In this document: positions 49,595 to 61,349 of the stretch, in pieces
How the letters are laid out: each line of letters starts with the position of its first letter
Position numbering within the stretch: position 1 is the first letter of the stretch
The notes under the pieces: model-generated
What the model was told of the DNA's origin: nothing
Seen by the model: the letters and a program-made list of their open reading frames with translations, nothing else
Databases searched by the model: none
Position numbers and translations under genes: made by a program
NCBI GenBank assembly: GCA_024679065.1
Contig: JAGIQG010000007.1
Location: 123,876,001 to 123,940,000, forward strand
DNA length: 64,000 nucleotides
Reading direction: 5' to 3'
Origin: Sphyrna mokarran
Taxonomy: Eukaryota

Positions 49595-49832
49595 CTTATT
49601 TCTTGTCACAAGTAAGGCTTATTAACAGTGCAATGAAGTTATTGTGAAATTTCCCTTGTTGCCACACTCTGGCACCCGTTTAAGTCAATGCACGTTGCCG
49701 CCATGTTTTTCAGTTGGTGGGAGGAAACTGGAGCACCCAAAGGAAACTCACACAGACCAGGGAGAATATGCAAACTTCACACAGACAGTGACCCAAGCTG
49801 GGAATCGAACCCTGGCCCCTGGTCCATGCCGT
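49595..49832 (-). mobile_element. HE1-like V-SINE, tail type B
   Basis: cttgtcacaagtaaggcttattaacagtgcaatgaagtta...gtgggaggaaactggagcacc...cagtgacccaagctgggaatcgaaccc. Confidence 0.85.
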
Positions 49833-49835
49833 GTC

Positions 49836-50105
49836 ATGGGAGTGCTGTGATTCAGATGAGATGTGAAACCTATTTTAGAGGGCCAAACAAATGCTGGAGA
49901 TTCCACAGCGCTATTCAAAGATGAAAGGTGTGCTCCCTCAGGCGTATTCCAATTAGCAAAGCCACACAGACAAAAAGATAAACTGCTTGTTTACATGTTG
50001 GAAGAAGCTGTTGAAGAATGCTTGCCCATTTTGCTTACATAGCAGTTGTGATAAATGCTTGAAGTTAATTTTTCAATATGGTGAGGCACTATGTAAACTG
50101 CAAGT
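49836..50105 (+). mobile_element. Old Deu-SINE-like fragment
   Basis: gggagtgctg...ttcagatgagatgtgaaacc...ggcactatgtaaactgcaag. Confidence 0.45.
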
Positions 50106-52562
50106 GTTACTGTAATGTTATTTGATTGTGAAAAATTGCCATCTGTAATCTGCTAAAAACCCACTGCTCACAAACCACAAGAGGAAAAGCAGTAAGAAAC
50201 TACTATGCATGTATATATTATGCTGATTAACAAATCCTGGAGGGTTACAGCAATTTGAATTGTGATATTTCAAGATCTCAGGTCCCCAGCCCCATTGCAG
50301 TGTCGGAGGAACTGCAATGCTTTGTGTCAACAATGCCGAAGTAACACATAATTTCACATAGTTGTTACATTTTAATAATGATCCTTTGCTCCCACTCAGA
50401 TTGACTGATGGCCAGGGAGACAACTAACTGCGTTGAATGAACCCTCTGTGTGTCAATGGCAGCACACAAATTAGGCTGTGCGTTGAAAAGTGAACATTTC
50501 GTGAACATTCAGTTGCAGAGAGAAGCAAGGAGTGATAGAAACCAGGTTGCTGTTTTTGAGGACGATGCTTTGGAGACGTAGTTTAAAAAAAAGGCTTGTC
50601 ATCTTTGTAATTGTAAAGGCTCTCAAATAAAATCTGCCACAAGTAATGTAAAGTTGAGATGCAAAAGGTGTAAATGCATTACTTAGATGTGCAAGTCATG
50701 AGAGTTGGTATAGAAGACATTTCCCGGAGTCAGGAATATTGCCATGCTAAGAATATGCATAACTTGAATGTTCCTGCACACACTTTGGATGAACGTCAAC
50801 ACAAGTGAAGCTCTCAACTTGTGTTGCTCCCCTGAGGCAGTATGGAAAGCACTCAGGCAAACTTTCAAACAGGCATATCCACACACACACACACAGATTT
50901 GCTTCAAATTTGACACATAGATCTTGTAAGTTAGGATAACAACGCTCGCTGCCAACTTAATTTTTTTTTAATGCTGCGTGCTTGTGAACAGGACACAGTG
51001 ACATGCAGACTGGATACTTAAGGCTGGATCTCTGTGGAATAAAGCCAACTCCAAAGACCTTTAAAAATGGCAGGTGGGAATTAGATGTAAAAATCCTCCC
51101 CCATCTTTCAGCAGGTGTTCTGCCTACAAGTGGAAGGAAATAGGGTGGGAAAGCTAAATTCAACAAGGCATTTGAAATTACTGCTGATTTCAAAAGGACC
51201 TTTCATTGTTCTAAGGGACTGAACTCAGTATGGGAGTCATAAATTTGTTCAGGAGGGTTGAACATTCTTAAAATATCAGTAAAGTTCATTGAACTGCCAT
51301 GTTCTAAAGTTATTTAAATCCACAGTTCTTTATAAATTGAAAAGAAAACAGACTGCAGCTGACAGAGTACAGAAAAACATTTACTGTTGGAGTGTATTGC
51401 TTGACAGGACATTGTTGCAGATTAGAAAAAAAAAATTCCATTTGTTCCTGCCATTTTAAAAACTTCATTATTGACATTTTACAAGGCTATTATTATTGTT
51501 GTGTCCATTATGAATGCTGGCTGTGTTTTAAATACCACAAAACCAAATATCTCAGCACGGATGCTGAGTTCACTTTGTGATATAGGAGGCTGTTAAAGGA
51601 GTAGCTATCATCAATGTGATTAATGAATATAGGTTTATTTTTATTGCAGAAGTACTACTTGAGTGGATTTAAAATGTTTGAATGGGTCTCAAGAATTATT
51701 ATTTCTTTATCAAATGTGTAGGAATGAAATTGTTAGAAGTTTTTTTTTTCATCTCTATATGGCTCCTGAGATCTTCGCACAGGAGAGTGGTTATGGGATA
51801 TGAGGTGGCATGATGGTGGCTTGTAGTATGAGGGGGCATGGAAATGAAACAAGGGAATGTGTTGTGGGTGGAGGAGGTTGGTTGAGGGATGAGGGCTCGA
51901 AAAGCTAACTGCTTTTTATTAAACTGGCCCAAAGTCTCAAAGAACCAAAGTGGCCTTCTACTCAACCTATCTCAGTGCTTATCTACTAGCAGGGCTGCCT
52001 CTGAACAGCCCATGGAAACAGCAAGTTGTACTCAATCAGCTCACTCTCCGCCTTCCCCAAGCCCTCAAGCAGGAACAATTATTGCGCCTGTCAGGGTTGT
52101 TTTCATGAAGATGGGTCTGTCTAAGTGGGAGATTTTCTGATTTAAGCTTCCAGTTCCAGTGCCATGTTTGAACTTTGCCTGAGCACTCTGCAAGGATCAG
52201 TACAGTCTATCTGAATATCATGAATCATGAAGTTATTTCAATTCATTATCCTTGAAAAATCACTTGGTCATATTGTATCTACTTCTCTACATTCCAAATT
52301 TGAGATGATTTCCAAGAAATAGATTATAATTAATGAACAAGAACAGGTGCGAAGCAATAAAGGCCCACTCAACTCTTAAGCTACAAGCTTGAATGTTGAT
52401 TGGTTTTGATATCAAACACTAACACTAGAAGTGAATTCTTTAGCCTCATAATCCTTCTCATAAATAATTTCTGTTTGTTCTAAGTCCATTACATGTAATC
52501 TTTTATTTGTGATCCTTTAATTTTAATCCCTCACGTACTGAAAACATCCTGCACAATGCAGT

Positions 52563-52694
52563 GGGGTTGGAATTTTCTGGTTGTTCGCTGGATTCTCTGG
52601 TCCCGCTACAGTGAGAGGAAATTTGGCTGAGCACCAAACTCGCCATCCTCGCTTGCAGCGTAGGCAGAGTGCGGACAGCCGGAAAATTCTGGTC
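52563..52694. mobile_element. Short MITE
   Basis: ggaattttctgg ... ccggaaaattct; body shared with 4545-4677. Confidence 0.7.
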
Positions 52695-52999
52695 TTAGAT
52701 CTTTCAATCATTTGAAAAAGTATTTGAGCTTTGAGGCCGAGAACCTCCCTTGGCTAAGGATTACCTCCAAATGCAGTTAATTGTTCAAGTGGGAGAACAC
52801 GTTCTGACAATTCTATAGGATTTAAGTTTATTTACTCTTAGCACCCTAAAATGATGGGATGATAAAGGTACAAAAAAGAAATGAGGTGATGTAAATTAAG
52901 AACAGTAATTGACTGCTCCATTGCTACACTTACTACAAGTTCAGACTGCATCCTCTCCCTTGAGAAGTTAAATTAACTTGGCAATTTCTCTCACCTCAC

Positions 53000-53478
53000 C
53001 AATTTTTACAGATGTAACAAAGAAAGCATCCTTTCTGGATATATCACAGCTTAGTGTGGCTCCTGCTCTGACCAAGACATAAAAAACTACAAAGGTTGTG
53101 AATGTCGCCCAGTTCATCATGCAAACCAACTTCCCATCTGTTGACCCTATCTATGCTTCCTGCTGCCTCAGAAAAGCAACCAGCATAATCAAGGACCCCA
53201 AACACCGTGAATATACTTTCTCCCACCTTCTTCTGTTGGAAAAAAGATACAAAAGTCTGAAATCATGTACCAACTGACTTGAAGACAGCTTCTTCCCTTC
53301 TGCCATCAGAATTTTGAGTGGACCTACTAGATCTGAAGCTGATTTTTCTCTGCACATTAGCTGTAATTGCAACACTGTATTCTGCACTCTCTCCTTTCTT
53401 TCTCCCCTATATACTTTAAGAATGAGTTGTTTTATCTCACAATAAACAATATTTTTCATAATGAATCAAATTCAAGTA
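53000..53478 (+). mobile_element. Rex1/Babar-type LINE 3' end
   Basis: ESILSGYITA, KKLQRL, NFPSVDPIYASCCLRKATSIIKDPKH...RYKSLKSCTN.LEDSFFPSAIRIL. Confidence 0.8.
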
Positions 53479-53514
53479 TTCAGGTAAATGGGGACAAAAT
53501 AAATGTGCTCAAAA

Positions 53515-53900
53515 TCTCTTTTGAGATAGAGATCATGTGTCCCTGTCCCACTCCAATGAATAAGCACCTAATCATGGTTTCTGTGTCAATGCAGTGCCAA
53601 GGGAAAGCTGTACTGTTGACTATAAAACGTGAAATTGAAGTCTCATCTACCCTCTCACAAAGAACACACAGCACAGCTTCATAGAAGAATAGAGAATTTC
53701 TCATTGACTGTCAAATAATTATCCTTCTATCTGCAACACTTAAACAAATGATCTGATCAGGTATCTCATTGTTGTTTGTGAGATTTTGTTATGTTTTCTC
53801 AAGCACAACAGCGACGACATTCAAAAATCATTTAATTGGCTACGCAGGAATACACAGAGGTTATGAAAGGTGCCATGTAATTGCACATTTTCCCTTTTCT
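53515..53900 (+). mobile_element. SacSINE1-like Deu-SINE, old
   Basis: gtcccactcca...atgcagtgccaagggaaagctg...tatctcattgttgtttgtgag...ttaattggct...tgaaaggtgccatgtaattgca. Confidence 0.6.
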
Positions 53901-54359
53901 TTGCCGTAGCAGCAAGGAATAAGTGTCCCAAGCACAGAAACATCAGCCCATATTTTTATTACAAATCTTTGAATTTATATTTTGAAGTTGAATTATTTAT
54001 AGCATTATAGATATGCTATAATTATCAGTATGTTGATAGAAATAATAAAACATCTTCCTCTGTTAATTTGACCCAAATAAGGACTCGTGCTGTGCAAGCA
54101 TGCGTTCACTAGAAGGGGTTTCATTATGTCAGCTATCTCTGAAAATATCCTATATCATTGCAAATGGAGTGAAATAATTATCTCATTACCTTATTCTGAT
54201 TCTGAATTTATTTTCTTTCCTCCCATTTTGGTAATTGTTACAATGGTGACATTAGGAGTATACCTTTCTACCTTTCAGCACTCTTTTTATGATTAAAGAA
54301 ATTGTACTTCAACAATGGTGAGTGTAATATTTCTACCACCAGCCTGTGTTTTAAAACAA

Positions 54360-54472
54360 GGCAGGATTTTATGATCTCTGTCTGTCATCCCAAAACTGTA
54401 AAATCCTGCCCAAGTTCAACAGTCAAGATCCATCTCAATTTCCGTGGTGAGTGGACTAGTAAAATTCCAGTT
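54360..54472. mobile_element. Short MITE with perfect 12-bp inverted repeat
   Basis: ggcaggatttta (54360-71) / taaaatcctgcc (54399-410). Confidence 0.6.
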
Positions 54473-55569
54473 GGGTGGTATGGAACTACATTGTGAATGA
54501 GGTCAATATATACAAAGCCACACACCTCTCCAACAGACACGCACACGCACACACACACAAAAACAAAAGTAGCCTTGATTTGTGCACAGTGTTCTGTGCC
54601 ATGAGAAAGTCATAACCTTATCTTAAAGTTCAGGGCATAATTACATATCCAAATCTCATATAATCATCTTCTGAGTATCTGTTCCATCTTGTTTTAGACT
54701 TTTTTCCACTAAACTCCTCTTGTTTAGAATTATTGAACTTGTGTCATGTCATTCTGAGAGTGGCATTTAAATTTACAGTCTCAATAGGAATTGACAGCTG
54801 TTCCCAAGAGAAAATTTTGCCAGGCTGGGCTATGTGTTGGAGGAGAGGAATACTGGATGGGTAGTTCCTTTCCAAATTTTTCAAATGCAGGTCTCAGTGG
54901 ACAGACTAGGACTGAGATTGATGATGTGTGTGGTAATGCTTGTCCTACCTCCTGACGATGGGAAGATTATCCAGCACTGCCACTGCATCCTCATGGTGGG
55001 ATGGGAAAATTTGGAGAGTTGTTGACTTTTAACGGCTCTCAAAATTTTTCCATTCCGCCTGTGACGATTCCCATCAGTGGTGAGGTTGGGAAACCATGAC
55101 AGGGAGCAAGGATACAAGGGATGGTCGCATAAGTGGAGATAAAAATAGGTATGTTTATAAAACTCACAAGTGATGAACTTTCAAATCATATGACTGAAAG
55201 TCCTGGGTGTCTGCTCCACTAATGCAACAGAGTAGAATCTTTGTTCATCCTTCATCATAGCCTGCAAGGGTGCTTAAGCAGCAGCCATCTTGAGCTACCA
55301 TGTGGAAGGGATGTCAAAATGGAGTCCAACAGTAGACCTGATACAACCTTCTTCTCACATCTTTTTCTCCTGATGTTCCTTGACTAATGAGAAAGAAGGC
55401 TTCTTCAGGAATGTAACTGCTTCTTTTGGATCAGAATTATCTCAGAGTTTTGGTGATTAAAACTCTCAGCATAACTGAGGTTGGGTCTCAAATCCACCCT
55501 CTTGACTTGCGGGTGAAGTTGGGGTAGATGTGGTGGGCCATTGGATGGGACTGACAATGTTGGGGGAAG

Positions 55570-55745
55570 TCAGAAAGAAGCCTCACAGCACCAGGTTTAA
55601 GTCCAGCCGATTTATTTGATAGTAAACTCACAAGCTTTAGAGGTTCTCGTCTTCGTCAGGCGAATGGAGAGTTCTGGCCTCACACAGTACGTATAACAGC
55701 ACAGACAATTTACAAATTACTGATTAGCTTGCGAATCTTTACCCC
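55570..55745 (-). mobile_element. Penelope pseudo-LTR fragment with degenerate hammerhead
   Basis: Reverse: ttcgcCTGACGAagacgagaacctcTAAAgcttgtga...aataaatcggctggacttaaacctggtg; homologous to 22375-22460. Confidence 0.7.
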
Positions 55746-56209
55746 CAGGAAGTCAGGCCAGTGATTCTGCTTATGAACTTTAACAGTCTGTACTAACAAG
55801 CTGAACTATTGGTCTTCACAGGATCTTTCTGTCTCCTTCCTTCTGTTGTCCCACATACTTGAGGACTGAGGCATTGTTTTTTCCTGACCTTTATCCTGAG
55901 AGTACAAAACTCAAAGGAAAACAGCAGAAATGCAGAATAATTAAATGTTGCTCTTTACCACTTCAATTTAAAGGAGAAGTTTGAGAAATCAAACAACACA
56001 GCTCCTTGGAACGGAAGGTCTGCAGTGATTCCAAGGATACAGAGAAAAAAAAGGAAAGTATAAAAGGCATTATAAGAATTACACCCAGGATATAAATTAA
56101 TGTTTAATTCCATGCTTTCAAAAAGTGGAAGTACTCGGTATTCATTCCTGAACTACAACTAGGGAACTTATCATAGATAACTCAATTTGTCATTGGAAAA
56201 CTTTGCAAT

Positions 56210-56545
56210 AAACAACAACTTACATTTAGTTAGCATCTTTAACATAATGAAATGTCCCTAGATACGCTACACAAGAAGACATTAGGTTGTTTATTCCAAA
56301 GCTTGGATAAAGAGATAGATTTTAAGAACTGTCTTAAAGGAGGAAAGCGAGATGGAGCGGAGGAGAGGTTTAGGGAGCAATTCCAGAGGTTATGTCTGAG
56401 GCAACTAAAAATAGAACTTTGAAAATCAGAGCGGCCATATTGAGAAAAGGGCTGTTATCTTGGAGGGTTGTGGGACACAGAGATGGTGAGTGATGGGAAA
56501 GGGGAGCAGGAGAAGGTTTTGGATGGATTTGAAAATGAGCAGACT
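56210..56545 (-). mobile_element. L2 LINE 3' end
   Basis: aacaacaacttacattta...tttaagaactgtcttaaaggagga...gagaggtttagggagcaattccaga. Confidence 0.65.
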
Positions 56546-58154
56546 GATCTGGTTGAACCTTTTCCCACATCAGTTAATCTTCCCCCTATTTCCCTCCGCC
56601 CTTCCCCCGGCATTACCAGCTCACCTCTCCTTGCTCCCCAAACATTCCTCTCTCCAATTGCCCACTGAAATGTTCGATTGTCTGATTCATCTCCAGATCT
56701 CAGCTCACAGTTCTCCCCAGCCTATCCTGTCCCAAAATCCTGAACTTACTTGCTACAATGGCATTCATGGATCAGCTTCCCCACTTGACTAGAAGCTCAA
56801 TCTGTTAATCAGGCAGAGATCAACATGTTCCCTGATCAGGTAGAAAACCTGCCCATAAAAGTTCTCACTCAATGACAGAGCTATTTTATGGTTTGGCACC
56901 AATGATTCATGCTATCATCATTAAAGTTAGACAATTTGTACTCTGAAATCAATAGAAAATGACTTCATCTGAAAGTTTAAGCATCTCAAAGCAATCATTT
57001 CACACTTATCTGCATTAAAATGCATCTTCCATGTGTCTGCCTCTTCCATCAATCTGCTGAAGCCTGATACTATCCTGTTCTCTCTTTATTCCTTTGCAAG
57101 TTTGTGTCATGTACAACCTTCAACACTGTACTCTACATTCCCAAGAACAGGCCATTTAAATATAAGAAGAAAAGCAATGGTACGAATACAGATGACTGGA
57201 AGACTTCATCACCAACTCCCAGTCAGGAAAACATTTGTTTCATATAATTCTCTGCCTCCTATCCTGTTGGTATTTATAGATTCAAGAGCCAGATATTTGC
57301 GGACTGATTCTCGCTGAAATGGAGGTGGTGGTGAGGGGAGTGAGAGACACCTGAAAAATGGTCCTACTCTATGAGGCTGGTCACTCTGCCTCTTTTTCCA
57401 ATGTTGCTGCTTTTTCTGGCAGTGGGATGGGTGAGCGCAGGTCTCAAACCTCATCCATCCTCCAAAACCGGCAGATTAAATTACTTATTAAATGCCTGAC
57501 TCGACAACCTTTGTCGATTTTCTTTCCAGCAGATGTCTGAATCGGACCAGCTTCAGGCAGGCGAGGACCAAATCAGGGGAAACGGTTGGGGATGAGAAAA
57601 GTTTAGGACGTGTTGAAATAAAAGTTGCAGCAGCCGATCACACTTCGAGGAAGAAGCCAGCATCAAGGACTCTGTCAGTTGCGAGAACTGTCACTTTCCC
57701 AACATCATGTGGATATCAGAGCAATGTCCAAGTCTGTTTGGACTTCAGTTGAGCGTCAGAAAGATTTCAAGTGGAAATGGATGAACACCCTGAGGAATGA
57801 AGTTCGTTGAAGATGACGGTAAACACCAGCAAGAGTAGAGTGTTGGGCCTCAGGAGAGAGGGATAAGGGTATGAAGGAGAAGGTAACATACCCTGCGTAC
57901 ATCATTGATAGGCAGATAAGAACTTACTGAGATGACCGCGAACAAGGGTTGTCAGAGGTTCTCAACGCAGATAGTCACAGGATCATTACTTTTATTTGTG
58001 CTGACTTCTGCCAGATTCCCCAAGTGGTTGCACACCAGTGTATCATCCAAATTGACAGATGTCCAAGACTGGCCAACACACCATAACTGATGGGCCTTGC
58101 AGGATCAAGAGGCATTAGCTCTACTCTCTGGAGCGACCGTACAGTTCACCACGT

Positions 58155-58245
58155 GGGGCAGGACGGTGGCAGAGTGGTTAGCATTGTTGCCTCTCAGGCA
58201 CCAGCTTCAATTCCAGCCACGAGTGACTCTCTGTTTGTATATTCT
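58155..58245 (+). mobile_element. Truncated HE1 SINE head
   Basis: acggtggcagagtggttagcattgttgcctc...gtgactctctgtttgtatattct. Confidence 0.6.
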
Positions 58246-58581
58246 GCTTGAGGGGGCAAGGCCTAAGCTCACAGAAAGCTGGCAGATTGCAGAAGAGGGC
58301 ACAATTGCATATGCTCAGATTTCTGTGTTCTGTGAACACTGAGATCAGTCTGTCACTGCCTCCCCCAGCTTCCTCTGGCCTCCATAGCTGATCATTCCCC
58401 CCCTGCTATAGTGGGGTTCTGCGGTCAATCCTCCCCGCCTACGGACCAATCACCCACATGTCCCCGCACAAACCGATCGAGTGCTTGGCTGTTCTTAACA
58501 GTTTTCCAGGTTCATGCCTGATTTCCCACCCCTCACTATTTTACCAGCTCAGCCCGCCTACCCACCAGTAGGCAAGATGGG

Positions 58582-58637
58582 TACTTGCCCAGTGGGGAGT
58601 AGTACCACTGGGCAAGTGGTACTACTTGCCCAGTGGG
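58582..58637. repeat. Direct-inverted-direct short repeat triad
   Basis: tacttgcccagtggg (58582-96), ccactgggcaagt (58605-17), tacttgcccagtggg (58623-37); also 12-bp hairpin agtagtaccact/agtggtactact. Confidence 0.9.
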
Positions 58638-58759
58638 ACATGATGGTAAAATTGCCCCCAGCAAATTTATTGACCTGTGTGTCATACAAAATCAAGAATA
58701 TTATTTACTAACCAATATGGCATTCCTAACATTGGAAGCTAAGTTGCTGAAATCACTGA

Positions 58760-61140
58760 TCAGTATTACAGTAATGCACTCAAGAATACAATTCCAAGAT
58801 TATTCACAGGCTTCAGATACTGAAGACTGAGTACCATGTTATTCTTTGAACTGATGCTAACCAATTTTCTCAAGCGCTCTTGGCTAAAGGCAACGGTGAA
58901 ATTGAGAACATTCTGCAGTAAGGGGTTCTCTCACCAGTAAATGGTGTACAGAAATGTTTGCCGCCCCAAAGGCAAACGACTCAATTAGAATCTGCGTGGA
59001 TTTAGCTCGACTGAACACATCAATGGAAAGTAAGATTTATTCAATGGCCTCGGTGAATGAGAAGAGCATAGCCATACAGTTGGATAGAGTCCTGAAAACT
59101 CACAGGGCGCAGGTCTAACATAAGTGAAAAATGAGAATTTGCCAAATCTATCATTACATTTTTCAGTCACATTGTACAAGCCTCTGGAATAACAGTTGAC
59201 TCACAAAAACAATGATGATTGGAGAATTGTCACAACCCAGGAACATTACTGAACGTCAGAAATTCCTCAGGATGGCCAAAATTCCTATCAAATTTGGTAG
59301 AAGTCGATAAGTCTTGAGATAGCTATCGAGACAAGATCAACAATAATGCTGGACCAGCAAAATGCTTTTGAGGAAACCAAAAATCTTTGCATTTCCTCTA
59401 TAAATTTGGCACATTACAGTCCAGAATTGCTGGAAATAGTAGCAGCAGGTGCAAGTCTAGGTGCAATATTGTTTCAAAAACAGAGAGAAGGCAAGCATCG
59501 GCCAGTTTACTGCACCTCAAGGTCCCTCACACACACGCAGAGCAGATATATGCTCCAATTGGGAAGGAAGCATTAGCAGCAAGATGGGCATTTGAGAAAT
59601 TCTCACGTTACATGATAGGATTGTGATTCAAAATTGAAATAGATCATGAACTAATAGTCGCTCTACTGAACATGAAAGAGATTATAAAAGTGCTACCTAG
59701 AACTCAACACTTCAGACTGAAGTTAATGAGGTATGACTCTAACTAAGTATGCTCATAGGAAGTACCAGAAGACAACAGATGCATTGTTGAGAATACCAAG
59801 TGAAGGAACTCTTCCAGAGGATTTTAATTTTGTTAAGGAGAGAGAAGTCTTTATATCTCTCATTATGCAACACCTACAAATGAAGTTGTAGGAGATAAAA
59901 TAAACATAGCAGTAAAGTGATCTATGATTCAAAAATACTGCCCAAAGTGGTGGCCAGAATATACTCTTAACAATCCAGTATTACAGCAGTTCGTCAAAAA
60001 GAGAAAGCACCTCTAAATCATTGATTATCTTTGAGCTTTTCATGATGAAATAGTCATTCCGAGAACAGTTCAATATTGATATTCTCTAAATATTTCACCA
60101 AGGTCACTTAGAGATAGCAAAATGTCAAGAAAGTGCCCAGCAATCAGTCAGGTAGCCAGGCATTACTCATGCTACTGATGAGATATTTCATTTTGTCTTA
60201 TGTGTGCAGTTAACAGCCAAGAGCAAAAGGAACATCTCTCACTTTCTACTTTTCTATCAAGGCTGTGGGAACATCTGGCAATGGATTTATTTGATTTTTA
60301 AGGCAAGATATTTCTCATTGCCATTGATTATCACTCATGGTGGATTGAAGTGAACAAATTACATGGCATCATGGCAGAATCAGTCACTCAATCATTGAAG
60401 AGCATTCATGCAATACTTGGCACTGTGGACATTGTGGTGTCAGACAATGGTCCAAAACTTGATAAAGAATTATTCCGCATGTTTGTGAAGGAATACGGAT
60501 TCATTCGGATAACCAGCTCACCTCAATGTCCTCTACAAATGGAGAAGCTGAGAGAGCTGTGCGAACTGTTGAAGATTGATGGAGAAGAATGAAAACCTTA
60601 ATTTAGTTCCCCTGAGTTACTGAACCACATCACTGCAAAATGGCTTTGCAGGATCAGAGTTGTTGATACGAAAGAGATTGAGAACACCACTTTCAGCTCT
60701 GGAACAGAAACTCAAATCTAATATTACCTCAAGTGACCATGAGGGGGTGAAACAGCAAGAGGAAGAACAAACAAGGTCATAATTTTAGCTTCAGGCACAG
60801 AGCATGAGATTAATCAGTGCTGATCCCTGGAGAGAGAGTATGTTGGGAGACCAATCGATATAATAATTGAAAGAACTCCACCACTGAGATCATACAGGAT
60901 TGAGTATTATTAGGGAAGTATAAGGATAACCGTAGTGCCTTAATATCATGGGAAAGAAAGTGAATTGAAATATGGTCTTATTATTTCGACCCCAATGGAG
61001 ATAACAAAGAAGAAACAGGGCAAACTCCACAGCCACCCAGCAAAAGGACTCTCATACCAATTCCATGTGGAATGACCTTGACCTTAGAAAGAGATCAGGC
61101 AAGATCAATGAGTTTGGTCAAGTCACCCTGGAGACTAATC
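58760..61140 (+). pseudogene. Gypsy/Ty3 LTR retrotransposon pol fossil (RT fragment, RNase H, integrase)
   Basis: PRLFTG; PKANDSIRICVDLARLN (RT); LGAILFQ...RPVYCTSRSLT, YAPIGKEALA..WAFEKF (RNase H); HQGHL, CLMC, WEHLAMDLF, IDYHSWWIEV, VVSDNGP, NGEAERAVRTV (integrase); order RT-RH-IN. Confidence 0.92.
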
Positions 61141-61166
61141 TCTTAGTTCTGAGACCTTGGGGATGA

Positions 61167-61349
61167 TGTAGGAAGATATAAATAATTTGGATAAAGAATA
61201 AGGGAAAATGCAGAGCAGAGTTAACATCAGAAGTCCATATTGCTGATCCAATGATGACGTAACACCACAAGATCAAATTGTTTTAACGAACTCGAGTCTC
61301 GAGCAGCTTACTTTGCCAGAATAGACAAGTCTCATCTCAACCCCCTACA
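61167..61349 (+). mobile_element. Putative 3' LTR of the Gypsy element (183 bp)
   Basis: Inverted termini tgtagg ... cctaca, preceded by purine-rich ggggatga (PPT-like), directly after the integrase region. Confidence 0.6.

Noticed and set aside
57590-58010. Gag or 5' LTR of the downstream Gypsy element
   Set aside because: No match to the putative 3' LTR and no gag motif; looks more like very old antisense LINE sequence but is too decayed to call.
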